Notes: generated by a model from the sequence alone, not told the origin. Positions 52,577-63,170 are shown, counted from the stretch's first letter. The stretch is 64,000 nt of DNA from an uncultured Candidatus Saccharibacteria bacterium (GCA_964591445.1 CAZQAW010000002.1:3394-67393); one strand, 5' to 3'. Numbers and translations are program-made.

Positions 52577-54496
52577 TTAGTCGAGGTAAATCGTTTTGAC
52601 ATTTCGTGCATACTCTCTTTCTACCAAATGTTCGGGTATGTCGTAAAGGAATTCGGATGGTGCGTTGATTTGTCGTGAACCGAAAATTGTGCGGATCGAA
52701 GCATACGTCAAAAACAATTTTTCTTTTGCACGAGTGATCGCAACGTAGAAAAGTCGGCGCTCTTCTTCTTTTTCTTCTTCAGTCGCATTCCCGTCTTTAT
52801 GATGCGGAAACAGATCTTGTTCAAGTCCGCTGACAAACACGTATTTAAATTCCAAACCTTTTGAAGCGTGAACTGTCATCATGCGCACGCCTTCTTTTGT
52901 GTCTTTGTGGTCGAGCGAATCTTGGTCTGAAGCAAGCGCTGCGTCTTCCAAAAGTTTTTCCAAACCTTCGCCGTCCGGCATTACGTCATATTTCAGCGCA
53001 AGCGAGGCGAGTTCTTTGATGTTTTCCAAACGCTCTTTGTCTTCGTCGTTTCCAGACGAAAGTTCTGTTTCGATGCCTGTTGTTTTGATAAGGTAAATGA
53101 TCGTTTCAGAAGGCGAATGCACAAGCGCGTATTCTTTGATCAAGTCCAAAATAGCGTAAAAAGAAAGGACTTTTTTCTGCATTGCCGCCGGCAAGTCATG
53201 TATGCCGCCGGCAAAAAGCTTGGCAATAGAAGTCTTGCCAATGCCTCGTGTTGGAAAGTTGATGATGCGTTTCATATCGCTCAAACTTTCGCGGTTGAGT
53301 GCGGTGCGAATGTACGCCAGCACGTCGCGAATTTCTTTTCGTTCAAAGAATTTGACGCCAAGCACTTGATAAGGAATGTTGTGCATAAGCATCGCTTCTT
53401 CGAGTACGCGGGATTGGAAGTTTGCGCGGTAGAGTATCGCAATGTCGTTTGGGTCAGTTCCCTCTTTGAGCAATCCGTCGACTGTGTCGGCAATGAATCG
53501 CGCTTCTTCGTTTTCGTCAAAGCCTTCAGTCAAAGTAATCTTCTCGCCAACTCCTTGTTTCGTGTACAAGTTTTTTTCTTTGCGATGAATATTTTTCTTG
53601 ATGACTTCATTTGCTGCCTCAAGTATCGCTTGTGTTGAACGATAATTTTCTTCAAGCAACACGACTTTTGCCGTTGGATAATCTTTTTCGAAGTTCAAAA
53701 TGTTCTTGATGTTTGCGCCGCGCCAGCCGTAAATGTTTTGGTCGCCATCACCGACCACGCAAATATTTTTATATTTTTGTGCAAGAAGTTCCGCCAAACG
53801 AAATTGCACTTCATTCGTGTCTTGGTATTCGTCGATATGCATGTACTTCCATTTTTCTTGGTAGTGGTCGAGAATGTCTGGATGTTTTATAAAAAGCCGC
53901 ACTGTTTCTACCAACAAGTCGTCAAAGTCAAAAGCATTTTCTTTACGCTTCAGTTTTTCGTAGATAGACCAAACGCGCGACGTCATTTTGTCGACGTTCG
54001 TCGTCGCGCGTTCTGCGTATTGTTCTGGAGTCAAGAAATCATTCTTCGCTTTTGAAATCACGTTCTTAAATTTTCTCGGTTCAAATTGTTTCGGATCAAG
54101 GCCTATTTCAACAACCGCCGCCTTGATGAGTGCTTTTGCATCATCGTCGTCCAAAATGGAAAAGTGTTTAATCGTGCCGATCCGTGCAGCGTTTTCTTTT
54201 AAAATTTTTACGCCAAGCGAATGGAACGTCGAAACAAACGGCAAACTCTCTCCCAGCCCCTCCTTTCGCACAGCCGCATGCACGCGTTCGCGCATTTCTT
54301 TTGCCGCTTTGTTGGTAAAAGTAATCGCCAAAATGTTCTCTCCGGCTACGCCTTGGTGCAGCAAATGCACGATGCGATGCGTAATAGTCTTCGTTTTACC
54401 AGCCCCGGCCCCAGCCACGATCAAAAGCGGCCCGTTGGTGTGCATTGCCGCCTCCCGCTGGGCCGCATTTAACCCCGAAAGATAATCCGTACTCAT
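52577..54496 (-). CDS. pcrA: UvrD/PcrA/Rep-family ATP-dependent DNA helicase (short form, about 640 aa).
   Basis: LNAAQREAAMHTNGPLLIVAGAGAGKTKTITHRIVHLL (motifs Q and I), DEYQDTN (motif II), VGDGDQNIYGWRGA (motif III), and downstream motifs IV-VI. Confidence 0.85.
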   Translation of the reverse strand: MSTDYLSGLNAAQREAAMHTNGPLLIVAGAGAGKTKTITHRIVHLLHQGVAGENILAITFTNKAAKEMRERVHAAVRKEGLGESLPFVSTFHSLGVKILKENAARIGTIKHFSILDDDDAKALIKAAVVEIGLDPKQFEPRKFKNVISKAKNDFLTPEQYAERATTNVDKMTSRVWSIYEKLKRKENAFDFDDLLVETVRLFIKHPDILDHYQEKWKYMHIDEYQDTNEVQFRLAELLAQKYKNICVVGDGDQNIYGWRGANIKNILNFEKDYPTAKVVLLEENYRSTQAILEAANEVIKKNIHRKEKNLYTKQGVGEKITLTEGFDENEEARFIADTVDGLLKEGTDPNDIAILYRANFQSRVLEEAMLMHNIPYQVLGVKFFERKEIRDVLAYIRTALNRESLSDMKRIINFPTRGIGKTSIAKLFAGGIHDLPAAMQKKVLSFYAILDLIKEYALVHSPSETIIYLIKTTGIETELSSGNDEDKERLENIKELASLALKYDVMPDGEGLEKLLEDAALASDQDSLDHKDTKEGVRMMTVHASKGLEFKYVFVSGLEQDLFPHHKDGNATEEEKEEERRLFYVAITRAKEKLFLTYASIRTIFGSRQINAPSEFLYDIPEHLVEREYARNVKTIYLD

Positions 54497-54659
54497 AAGT
54501 CTTTCTACTATAGCACACCGCAAATCTCCCCTTTTCCCCAGAAAAAGCCTTACAAAATAAGAGTAATTTCGCTTGACAAATAGCTATCTATTGTGCTATA
54601 ATATAAGCAAATATAGAAAGAAACTAAATAAATATAAACACTCAAAAACCCTATACAAA

Positions 54660-55514
54660 ATGGAAGAAATTGTAAAAAAGTTAGCGGATCTTACAACTGC
54701 TGTAAACAATGGTTTTAGACAAACCAATGAAAACCTGGACAAATTGAATGGTACGGTAAAAGATGAAGGTCGTAAAACAAGAGGATTGGTAGGTTGGAAT
54801 TTATTCTTTACTCTACTCACTCTGGGGCTTGTTATTTATTGCTGTTTTTTCAATAGTGGCTGCAATAAAGTCGCAGAAGAAAAAGCTGTTCCTTGCAAGT
54901 TGAACACAGAAATGTGGGTGACTGGCGTAGGAGCCATCAGCGATCCCGAAGCACTTGCCGCGCTCAAAGGCACAGACACGATCTACCTCAGTTTTCAAAA
55001 AGCTGACGGAGAGCGTTTCAAAAAAGTGCTTACTTTGAACACCGCCCAACAGGCTGGCAGAAAGATCGAATACCTTATCGATTTCCAAAAGATTGATAGC
55101 GTACAAAACTTCTGCACATTCCTGGTACAGGATTTCCGGATTACTGATAAAGTGCTGGTTCAAGATACTGTGAAAACAATATCTTTGCCAAGCGTGCAAT
55201 CTGTTCCGAAATCCAAAGCCAAAATGCAGGAAGGATCTGATCCGGCTCCATCAGAACAGAAGCAATCTAATGCTTCAGGTTCAGGTGTTGTTGAGTATGA
55301 CAGGTCTATCACAGGCAGCACTCAAGCATTTATAAAAATGCGTGATGGTTCGGTAAAGAAAAGGACACTTACCCTTGAAGATGGAACCAACAACTTGCTT
55401 TGGGAAAACACTGCTGATATTGTGGCAGTGAATCCCGAAATAAAGTCTGGCGATCATGTAAAAATTTTAGTAATGAATAAGCTTGATTCTTTGTTTCAAC
55501 AAACAACAAAATAA
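54660..55514 (+). CDS. Hypothetical single-TM membrane protein.
   Basis: Start refined to MEEIVKKLADL. TM segment LVGWNLFFTLLTLGLVIYCCFF. Confidence 0.4.
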   Translation: MEEIVKKLADLTTAVNNGFRQTNENLDKLNGTVKDEGRKTRGLVGWNLFFTLLTLGLVIYCCFFNSGCNKVAEEKAVPCKLNTEMWVTGVGAISDPEALAALKGTDTIYLSFQKADGERFKKVLTLNTAQQAGRKIEYLIDFQKIDSVQNFCTFLVQDFRITDKVLVQDTVKTISLPSVQSVPKSKAKMQEGSDPAPSEQKQSNASGSGVVEYDRSITGSTQAFIKMRDGSVKKRTLTLEDGTNNLLWENTADIVAVNPEIKSGDHVKILVMNKLDSLFQQTTK

Positions 55515-55532
55515 ATCGTTGTTTATTAAACC

Positions 55533-55568
55533 AAAAGCCGATGCATACAGTATGCATCGGCTTTTTTT
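55533..55568. terminator. Bidirectional terminator AAAAGCCGATGCATA-CAG-TATGCATCGGCTTTTTTT.
   Basis: 11-bp perfect stem flanked by A and T tracts, between convergent genes. Confidence 0.6.
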
Positions 55569-58500
55569 ATTTCTTCACGTTTTCAAGATACTTTGTTGAA
55601 ATGAGGTATAGATCTTCCAAGCTTTTGTTTGGATTTTTATTGAGCCAGACGCGGTTCGCCCGTTCTATATAATGTTCAATAGTTTCTTTGTTTTCTACGT
55701 CAATAGAAAGTTGTGTCGTTTCAGTAAGCTTTTTCATATATGCCCACAAGCGATTGAGTTCTCCGTTTGGAGAATCGTGAATAGTTTTTTCAGTCATTTT
55801 AAATAGGTTTGCCGCAGATTCACCCTTTACCTCTTTCCACATTGTACTCTTGCTGAGATCATCAACTTTAAATATCTTTTCATAGATATCTGCTGTTTGA
55901 ACTTCCGGAGAAGCAGCTGCTGGTTGTGGTATGTTTTCCGCTGGAGTATTTCCTTGTACTGGCGGAGTGTCTTCTGGCGCCGGAGCACTGTTTTGTGGAG
56001 GAGGGGTGCCTGTATCAAGATCGTCAGCGCCACTTTGGAAGAAGTCTTGTTTCTGAGAGCCCTGGAAGTTTCCCCGGCTTTTATTGTTCTGATTCCATGC
56101 TTCTTCTTTTATTTGAGAAGTATTATTACCTCCGTTATTGCCCTTGTCCCAAGCTTCTTCTTGTATGGTTTGTCTATCAGCTCCTCCTCTATTGCCTTGA
56201 TTCCACGCTTCTTCTTGGATAGAGCTTGCCGGAGTACTTGTTCCATCTGTTACCCCTCGAAGTTTGCGCGCGCCTTCGACAATATCGCTTCTGTGGAAAT
56301 CAGTAATTTTCTCTTTTGTAATATCGTCATGTCCGTGAATACCTGTTGCAAATTCTTTGCCGTCTGCTCCGATTGCTTTTTCTATATCGTCTGCGTGAGC
56401 GATCTTGAGCCATGTATCTGTTTTGATATTGCTGAGCTCTCCCGTTGCGCCGCCGAGCTTATTTCCCTTCCAAAGTTCTTCAGAATGTTTTTCAAGAACG
56501 TTCATCAAGTTGTTGAACTTTGTGTGGTCTACAATTTTGAGAATTCCTGTTGACTTATCAAATGAGAATGAATCTTTGAATGCGCTCGTGCTTGCGCCGA
56601 GAACGTTCCTGCCTTCTGAAAGTTTGACCAAATTTGCCGCAACGTTCAAGCTCTTTGCGCCAATTTCTTCGTTCAACAAGTCGTTCGGTACTTGCATATG
56701 GTCCATGGCGATCTCGTGAAATACTCGTTCAAGTTGCACAGGTACTCCGTTTTTACCAAGTATGACAGAAAAGTCTTGGGTAATGCCGCGTTCAACCAAA
56801 GCTTCTCCTGTTTTTTGAGTTATTGTGCCGTCCGGATTGTGCACCCCGTCTTTTGTTCGTAGATATTCCGCCGCACCCTTGTCTACGCCGGCTTCGGAGT
56901 ATTGGTGAAAGTCTGGCGCGGTCGGAGTTCCCGGCATGTCGATTTTTTCAGCAGAACTGAACATGTCTTTAATGCTGTCTCCGTATTCGTTCCACAAATG
57001 ACGTGCGCCGAAACCGAGTCCTCCGAAGATGAGACCTGTCGTTGCACCTTTCAACATAGACAATTTCACTAAAGACTTCGCTGCTTGTTCGCTTTGCTCT
57101 TTAGTAAGATTTTCTTGTTTCATTCTTTCCGCAATAACACCTGCAAACTTTGTTTCAAATTTTTCTGTTAATGCTTTGAGAGCTGCGGCATCCTTGCCTT
57201 TCAAATCTCCATATTGTGCAAGTGGAGATGCCATAAGAAGTGCATATCCTTTGTTCATCGCAGTTTGCATTGCGTATTTGTTTGTAAATTGCTGGTGTGG
57301 CTGTCCAAAGTCAATGACATTTTCGTCGAGCTCTTTTTGAGCAATAGCGAGACGGTTTGCGAGAAAACCTTGTCGAAGAGCGAATACTTCTTTGGCTGAT
57401 GCATATTCTTCTGTAAGTTCTTTTTTATCTTCTTCGCTTGCAGTTGCAAGAGCTTGTTCGAGTCCAAGCATGCGGTTTTGTGCAGATTCAAAACTTTTCC
57501 ATGCAATACTTACCTTTCCAGTAAGACCGCCGCTCATCTCTCTTTTTACCCCTGTGCTTGTATTTGTAATAATCTTCTTTTCATCGAAAGCTTTAAATTT
57601 TGAAAGCAGTTTTTCTTTGAGTTCTTCTTCTTTCAGTTTGCCGGTGTATTTATTCCATGCTGTGTCTTTTACTTTTTCGTCTCGAATACCCGCTCGAGCT
57701 TTTACCAATGTTTCGCGCACATTTTCTTTGCCTTTAAAATATCCGCGAAGTGCGCCAAGTGCTGGGGCAATTACAAGTCCGGCCCAGTTGAGTACCCCAA
57801 TTGTCTCAGCTCCACCACGAACAGTGTAGCCTGTCACAAACGACAAGCTTGGCAACATTCCTTTCTTTGTTACAACTCCAAGTTGTGCGCCGGCCGCTGC
57901 AGCCTGCATCGCATCCGGATCTTTGGCGATACGCTGGTTAAAGTCGATGTTGGCATCGATCATGCGCAAGTAGTCAGTCGCTTTTTGTTGATCGTTCCCA
58001 AATTTTGCAAGAAGGAGCGAACTTATTTTTTCTCGTTGCTTGTTGTATTTTTCTTCCGCTGCGTCGAAGTCTGATTTTTTGTGGAAGTCGGCAAATCTTC
58101 CGGACATGAATTTGTCTAGCTTGCTGCTCTCGTCGAGTCCCCATTCGCTCGGCATGTCGCCAAAGTTTGTTGCTTGCCGGTTGAAGGCTTCAACTATTTT
58201 TTTCTCTTCAGGCGTCAAGTTCTCAAGTCCGTGCGCGTATTCGATGTTAAGCTGCCCTGTTTCAGAGTCTTTAACTGCGCCGAGTCCGGTATTTTTGACG
58301 CTTTCAAAAATAGCTTTTGCGTATTTGCCGTAGCGTTTGAAGCCTTCCTTATAAACAAGCGTTTTTGCTTTTTCTTTGTTTGCTTCTGTGAAACCAGCTT
58401 TGAAAAGCTTTTTCCAGCCAAGAAATCCTTTCCCTTCTTTTTCATAGATTTCTTTTGCCGCTTCTTCTACCAAATCTACCCGTACTTGCCGCAAGTTGTG

Positions 58501-59157
58501 AAGCACCATGTTCTGCAAACTTTCGTTCATTTCAGAAAAACCCGGCAGCTCCTTCATTGGATCAAAGCCGAATTCGATACGGAATGTGTCTCCCATTTTA
58601 CGGCTCTCTTTTTCTTTTTTCTTATTTGCTATTTCTTGATCCGCTCGGCGTTTTGTTTCCCATTCAGGTACCACTGGGCCGATAAAATTTTTGGATCCTT
58701 TTTCTCTTAACTCTCTTATCTCGACAGTTTCTGCTGGCCATTTTTCCCGGATGATATCGTTTATCTCGGCGGTCTTGTTTGCAAAGATATCTTTTTCTGC
58801 AGGATCAAGATCTGTGTGGTCTTTCACTTTTTGCGCGATGAGTTCGAGGCGGTATGCCGATACTTCTCCAGTATTGAGGAATTTCTGATATTCTGCTTTG
58901 GAAATGACAATATTAGAAGCGTTGTGTTCAGCTTTTGCCTTAGCCAATGTTTCGGCAAGTTCTGTTGCTTCTTTATTGACTTTTTTATGAGCTTCATTTC
59001 TCTTTTTTTCTGCGTGCATTACAATATTTTCCTCATTCATAAGGCGTGCTTTCTTCTTGCGCAGTTCCTCTTTTGACGGGAGGCTTATTGCTCCTTCAAG
59101 TTCATTTGACATATATGTAGTATACCTTAAATTGTATAAAGTTATGCGGTACTTCAC
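55567..59157 (-). CDS. Giant hypothetical protein (1196 aa): coiled-coil-rich, two internal hydrophobic segments, and C-terminal tandem EEAWNQGN repeats.
   Basis: Long uninterrupted ORF. No N-terminal signal peptide, but it has internal hydrophobic stretches (GVLNWAGLVIAPALGALRGYF, GATTGLIFGGLGFGA) and three ~17-aa tandem repeats near residues 979-1030. Confidence 0.45.
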   Translation of the reverse strand: MKYRITLYNLRYTTYMSNELEGAISLPSKEELRKKKARLMNEENIVMHAEKKRNEAHKKVNKEATELAETLAKAKAEHNASNIVISKAEYQKFLNTGEVSAYRLELIAQKVKDHTDLDPAEKDIFANKTAEINDIIREKWPAETVEIRELREKGSKNFIGPVVPEWETKRRADQEIANKKKEKESRKMGDTFRIEFGFDPMKELPGFSEMNESLQNMVLHNLRQVRVDLVEEAAKEIYEKEGKGFLGWKKLFKAGFTEANKEKAKTLVYKEGFKRYGKYAKAIFESVKNTGLGAVKDSETGQLNIEYAHGLENLTPEEKKIVEAFNRQATNFGDMPSEWGLDESSKLDKFMSGRFADFHKKSDFDAAEEKYNKQREKISSLLLAKFGNDQQKATDYLRMIDANIDFNQRIAKDPDAMQAAAAGAQLGVVTKKGMLPSLSFVTGYTVRGGAETIGVLNWAGLVIAPALGALRGYFKGKENVRETLVKARAGIRDEKVKDTAWNKYTGKLKEEELKEKLLSKFKAFDEKKIITNTSTGVKREMSGGLTGKVSIAWKSFESAQNRMLGLEQALATASEEDKKELTEEYASAKEVFALRQGFLANRLAIAQKELDENVIDFGQPHQQFTNKYAMQTAMNKGYALLMASPLAQYGDLKGKDAAALKALTEKFETKFAGVIAERMKQENLTKEQSEQAAKSLVKLSMLKGATTGLIFGGLGFGARHLWNEYGDSIKDMFSSAEKIDMPGTPTAPDFHQYSEAGVDKGAAEYLRTKDGVHNPDGTITQKTGEALVERGITQDFSVILGKNGVPVQLERVFHEIAMDHMQVPNDLLNEEIGAKSLNVAANLVKLSEGRNVLGASTSAFKDSFSFDKSTGILKIVDHTKFNNLMNVLEKHSEELWKGNKLGGATGELSNIKTDTWLKIAHADDIEKAIGADGKEFATGIHGHDDITKEKITDFHRSDIVEGARKLRGVTDGTSTPASSIQEEAWNQGNRGGADRQTIQEEAWDKGNNGGNNTSQIKEEAWNQNNKSRGNFQGSQKQDFFQSGADDLDTGTPPPQNSAPAPEDTPPVQGNTPAENIPQPAAASPEVQTADIYEKIFKVDDLSKSTMWKEVKGESAANLFKMTEKTIHDSPNGELNRLWAYMKKLTETTQLSIDVENKETIEHYIERANRVWLNKNPNKSLEDLYLISTKYLENVKK
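56068..56223. repeat. Three tandem ~51-nt in-frame repeats inside the 1196-aa ORF (IQEEAWNQGNRGGADRQT / IQEEAWDKGNNGGNNTSQ / IKEEAWNQNNKSRGN).
   Basis: Visible both in the DNA (CCAAGCTTCTTCTTG-type units) and in the protein. Confidence 0.6.
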
Positions 59158-61895
59158 AACTTCTTTTCTATTGTCGAATATATTTTTTGAGCAACTTCAA
59201 GCTTGTCAGTCAGGATTGTATATTCTTTGTTATTCTCACCTTTTTGCAATTTATGCATGCGTCGTGCGTATTCTATTGCATCTCGTTCTTTTCCGACATC
59301 ACGCAGGTCCTGAACAGTATAGGTCTTCTTGTTTATTTCTTCAATGCGTTCTTCTACGAGTTTTTTGTTCTGAATTAGTTCTTCATCATTGAGCCATTTA
59401 AGCTGTGTTTTGTTAGGAGCTTCGTATTTTACAAGCGACTCGGTTGCTTTGACTGGTGCTGTTGAAAGAGGTACGGTTGAGCGAATCTCTCGCGCCTTTG
59501 CCATGGTTGTTGCAAGTTCGGCATTCTCTTCTTCTTGAGCAATTTCACGCTCCATTTTCTCTATTGCTTCAATCTCGTCTCGGATCGCCTTTAAATGTAT
59601 TTCATTTATTTTTGCGTCTTGGTCGAGGATTTCCGCTTCACGCATCTTCTCTTTCACTTTCTTTTCCAGATCTTCGATCTTCTCTTCAAGCTGCACACGC
59701 GCTTTTTCTTTCTGATACGCCTGAGCCTTTTCGCTCAGGACTTTTATTTTTGGAGCGTATGTATTGAGCTTAGTATCTTTGTTGAGAAGTCCGCAGATCT
59801 CGAGAAACTTTTCTTTTGTCAGTTTGTCTCTGCCCTTTGCATCTTTGCCAGGAAGTACCATTACTCCACGAACTAGTTTTGCGCCAGGGACTATTTTGCG
59901 GATTTCTTTAATAATCGGGCGCAGATCTTTTGTTGTGGAGTTGATGAAGAAAGAATTATTTCCTTTGCTGTAGGTTGCAAAAGTATCATAGCCTTTTGCT
60001 TTTGCGGCCAAGTACCCTTCTTTAAGATAATTGCCGGGAATTTTTTCACCCTTTGCATTTGTTTCGTCGTCCATTGTTGCAAAAACAGTTTTACCGAGTA
60101 CTGCACTTTCTGTTAGGATGCCTTGCTTCTTCATTTCCTCGGCTGCAACATCAAGATATTTCATTGAATCTGCCGCATGGTTTCCACGTAAGGTAATGAG
60201 TTCTCTGATTGAAACTTTCTTCTCAACATACTTGCCGCTTTTCTTGTCTTTGACTCGGATTTCTGTAAACACAGTATCGAACTCCTCGTCTTTGAACGGT
60301 TGTTTCGGATCGCGCCCTTCTTTGATAAGTTCTATTACTTTTTGGTACGGCAAATAAGAATAAAGTGCTTCAAGACTTTTTGGCCACTCGGCTTGGAAGA
60401 ACGGTGGTTTGAAATTTTTACTATCCGCATAAGATAAATTATCCACTTCATTTGTGAATTTCCCGAGTTTTTCCATCCACGGCTCAACTTCGTAAGCTTT
60501 AGCTTCGTTCATAATTCTAAGAACTATGTCTCCAGCCGAAGTTCGCGTATCATCAGTTTCCTTGTGATGATCAGCAAAAGCCATGACCAATTCGCCATCT
60601 TTTTCGATAGAAAGAGTACGCCGTCCAGTGTCGATGTGTAACACGAAACTTCCTTTTTTAAGAGGTTCTTCTATTTCGACTCCGTTTTTCGTTGCTGGAC
60701 GTGTAAGTTTTGATTTCTCACCTTTCATTACGAACTCTGTGTCCGCTCCGGAGTTATAAATAGTGGAAGCTCCGCGTTCTCCTTTTCTGCGTTGCTTGAA
60801 TTCTTGTCCGTAGTTGAGGAAGTACAAAGCGATCTGTGTGTCAAAGTCGAGCATTGCGGTTTTTACTGGTTCTTGCTCGCCAGTATCTGGGTTTTCTTCG
60901 TAGCGCGGTTCACCGTGTACTACCACGCGGTCGATGCCGTGTTCCTGCATATATTTCGCTATCTCTTGTATAGTTGCCTGCTGTGCAACTTCTTTGCTAT
61001 TTTTTGTTTCGTACTCGCCTTCCTTTAAGGCTTCTTTGAATTCTTCTTTTGTATATATCTTTTCACCAAGACGTGTTTCGAGCTTTACTTGCTTAGTTTT
61101 TTTATCAAACCCGATCACTTTTGCTTCTGCGCCCATGAAGCTAAACACGTCACCTTTTTTCATAGTCTTGATTGTTTCGTCTGCTTGGCGGCCGCGAAGC
61201 TCTTTTGCAAGCTCTTCGTCGCTCAAACCTGCTGGTCTATTTATTTTTGGTGTGGGTGCTTTTGGGGTAGTCATGGATTTTTTAGTGCTTTTAGATCTGG
61301 CTACTTTTGGTTTGGTTTCTGCCGCTATTTTGGCATCAGGTTCTTCGTCTTTCGTATCGTCTGTAAATTCATAGGTAGCTGTTGGCGGTTCGGGGATAGC
61401 GGGAGGTCCCGGTATTTCCTCTGGGGGTTCTTTGTTTTCGATTGCGGGCTCGGCTGGTGCTGGTACTTCCGGTGTTTCTTCGACAGCAGCCACCTTTTCT
61501 TCTTCGGGCTTAAAAATATCTTCTAGTTCTTTCCGGCTCTGTACTATTGTATCTATCCAGAACTGTTCGGTTTTCTCAGATATCTGAGTTTCTGGCCTTA
61601 ATGTTCTTGAGAAGGTGCTTATAAGGTTGTGAGCCGCTTCTTCTTCCCCAGCCAGAACTCTTTCAATGAACATTTTTACTACCCCGTCAACTCGTGATGC
61701 ATGTTTTTCTTTCCTCGCCTCTATGATTGCGTCGTCTGAGTTTATAAACTCAGCAAGTTCTTTTATTTTTTGAGTAAGCCGTACCTCTTGTTGCTTTAAA
61801 TGGTCCGCATTCTCAATAGACATACTAGTAGTATACCCCCTTGACACCATATTTTTATGGGGAAATCTTAATCCACACTTTTTCCACATGGCCAT
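59154..61895 (-). CDS. Large hypothetical protein (913 aa) with a possible DHH-like phosphoesterase core. Translationally coupled (ATGA overlap) to the 1196-aa ORF.
   Basis: AFADHH at residues ~440-444, preceded by VLHIDTGRR and NPDTGE (loosely DHH motifs I-III). Acidic Pro-rich N-terminal region and a C-terminal coiled coil. The domain call is weak. Confidence 0.4.
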   Translation of the reverse strand: MAMWKKCGLRFPHKNMVSRGYTTSMSIENADHLKQQEVRLTQKIKELAEFINSDDAIIEARKEKHASRVDGVVKMFIERVLAGEEEAAHNLISTFSRTLRPETQISEKTEQFWIDTIVQSRKELEDIFKPEEEKVAAVEETPEVPAPAEPAIENKEPPEEIPGPPAIPEPPTATYEFTDDTKDEEPDAKIAAETKPKVARSKSTKKSMTTPKAPTPKINRPAGLSDEELAKELRGRQADETIKTMKKGDVFSFMGAEAKVIGFDKKTKQVKLETRLGEKIYTKEEFKEALKEGEYETKNSKEVAQQATIQEIAKYMQEHGIDRVVVHGEPRYEENPDTGEQEPVKTAMLDFDTQIALYFLNYGQEFKQRRKGERGASTIYNSGADTEFVMKGEKSKLTRPATKNGVEIEEPLKKGSFVLHIDTGRRTLSIEKDGELVMAFADHHKETDDTRTSAGDIVLRIMNEAKAYEVEPWMEKLGKFTNEVDNLSYADSKNFKPPFFQAEWPKSLEALYSYLPYQKVIELIKEGRDPKQPFKDEEFDTVFTEIRVKDKKSGKYVEKKVSIRELITLRGNHAADSMKYLDVAAEEMKKQGILTESAVLGKTVFATMDDETNAKGEKIPGNYLKEGYLAAKAKGYDTFATYSKGNNSFFINSTTKDLRPIIKEIRKIVPGAKLVRGVMVLPGKDAKGRDKLTKEKFLEICGLLNKDTKLNTYAPKIKVLSEKAQAYQKEKARVQLEEKIEDLEKKVKEKMREAEILDQDAKINEIHLKAIRDEIEAIEKMEREIAQEEENAELATTMAKAREIRSTVPLSTAPVKATESLVKYEAPNKTQLKWLNDEELIQNKKLVEERIEEINKKTYTVQDLRDVGKERDAIEYARRMHKLQKGENNKEYTILTDKLEVAQKIYSTIEKKL

Positions 61896-62012
61896 TGACT
61901 TTGGTCGGCGGGTCGGCTACCATTTAAAGTACCTCTGAATGGCAGACTTTTCCCAAAGTCCTTATAATATAAGGGTTTTTACGGGGAAACAGCAGAAAAG
62001 CCTTATAAAATC

Positions 62013-63170
62013 GTGAATTTACAACCCTCACAAGACTCTCCTGGTCCCGAACGATTAGCATCGGTTGGTCCAAAGACGAAAAAAGCCTTATTTTACAAGG
62101 GTACATATGCCCAAGCTTCTTTTTTGTTGCTTGCGACTTTTGCCCTCGTTTTCCCTCCGATGGTCTCTCAGGCTAGTCTTTTCTCATATATTGTGGGAGA
62201 AAAAGCAGATGCGGCTGACCAAGCTATAGTAAAAAATGCTCCTAACTCCCAAACTATCGCTCTTTTGGAAGCAAGCCCTCGCATTGACCCTCTTTCGACA
62301 GAGTCAAATGACACTACTATATATAACAGCTCGGCCCTTGCTCCGGAAACTGGCCCGCTTGGTACGGTTGCCGATGTGGCGCTCGCTCCCGAGACAGATC
62401 AGATCAGCCTTTACGTCGTAAAATCTGGCGACACTATTTCTTCTATTGCCAAAATGTTCGGCGTGAGTACAAGTACGATCCGCTGGGCGAACGACCTTGC
62501 TTCCGGACAAAGTGTTGCTGAAGGCGCTGTTCTCACTATCCTCCCTATTTCCGGCGTTGAACATACCATTACCAAAAACGACACTTTGAAGAAAATCGCC
62601 GCACGATATGGCGCAGATATGGATGACGTTGCGTCTTTCAATGGTATTACCGAAGACACCGTGCTTGAAATCGGTTCGACTATTATTGTGCCAGACGGCG
62701 AAGTTGCTCCGGTAGAAACCAAGACAGTGAAACCGACTAAAACTGCCGACACAAAGGCCAAGAAACTTGCGACTGCAAAAGTGTTGCAAGCGAATTTGCC
62801 TACAGTTGAAGGCTTCATCCGGCCGATCATCGGTGGACGCAAGTCTCAAGGTTTGCACGACAGATACGCCATCGACTTGGCTGCGCCGATCGGAACTCCG
62901 ATCATGGCTTCAGCTGGAGGAACTGTGCTTCTTGCAAAAATGGGTTACAACGGCGGCTATGGAAACTATGTTGTTGTTAAACACGACAATGGAACACAAA
63001 CTTTGTACGCGCACATGAGCAAGATCGGCACAACTGCCGGCGCGACTGTACAACAAGGCGAAGTGATCGGCTACGTAGGTTCAACAGGACGTTCAACTGG
63101 TCCGCACGTCCATTTCGAAGTTCGAGGTGCTAAAAATCCTGGAGTTACTCCTGGAGTTTGGGAAAGATAA
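62013..63170 (+). CDS. LysM-domain peptidoglycan M23 metallo-endopeptidase.
   Basis: Two LysM repeats (YVVKSGDTISSIAKMFGVSTSTIRWAN; ITKNDTLKKIAARYGADMDDVASFNG) and an M23 core (HDRYAIDLAAPIGTPI...VVVKHDNGTQTLYAHM...GSTGRSTGPHVHFEV). Confidence 0.85.
   Translation: MNLQPSQDSPGPERLASVGPKTKKALFYKGTYAQASFLLLATFALVFPPMVSQASLFSYIVGEKADAADQAIVKNAPNSQTIALLEASPRIDPLSTESNDTTIYNSSALAPETGPLGTVADVALAPETDQISLYVVKSGDTISSIAKMFGVSTSTIRWANDLASGQSVAEGAVLTILPISGVEHTITKNDTLKKIAARYGADMDDVASFNGITEDTVLEIGSTIIVPDGEVAPVETKTVKPTKTADTKAKKLATAKVLQANLPTVEGFIRPIIGGRKSQGLHDRYAIDLAAPIGTPIMASAGGTVLLAKMGYNGGYGNYVVVKHDNGTQTLYAHMSKIGTTAGATVQQGEVIGYVGSTGRSTGPHVHFEVRGAKNPGVTPGVWER

Noticed and set aside
56068-56223. Tandem direct repeats, here and at 12767-12790 and 17600-18700, considered as possible CRISPR arrays.
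   Set aside because: The repeats are contiguous with no unique spacers, they lie in frame inside coding sequence, and no cas genes are present. They are coding tandem repeats, not CRISPR.
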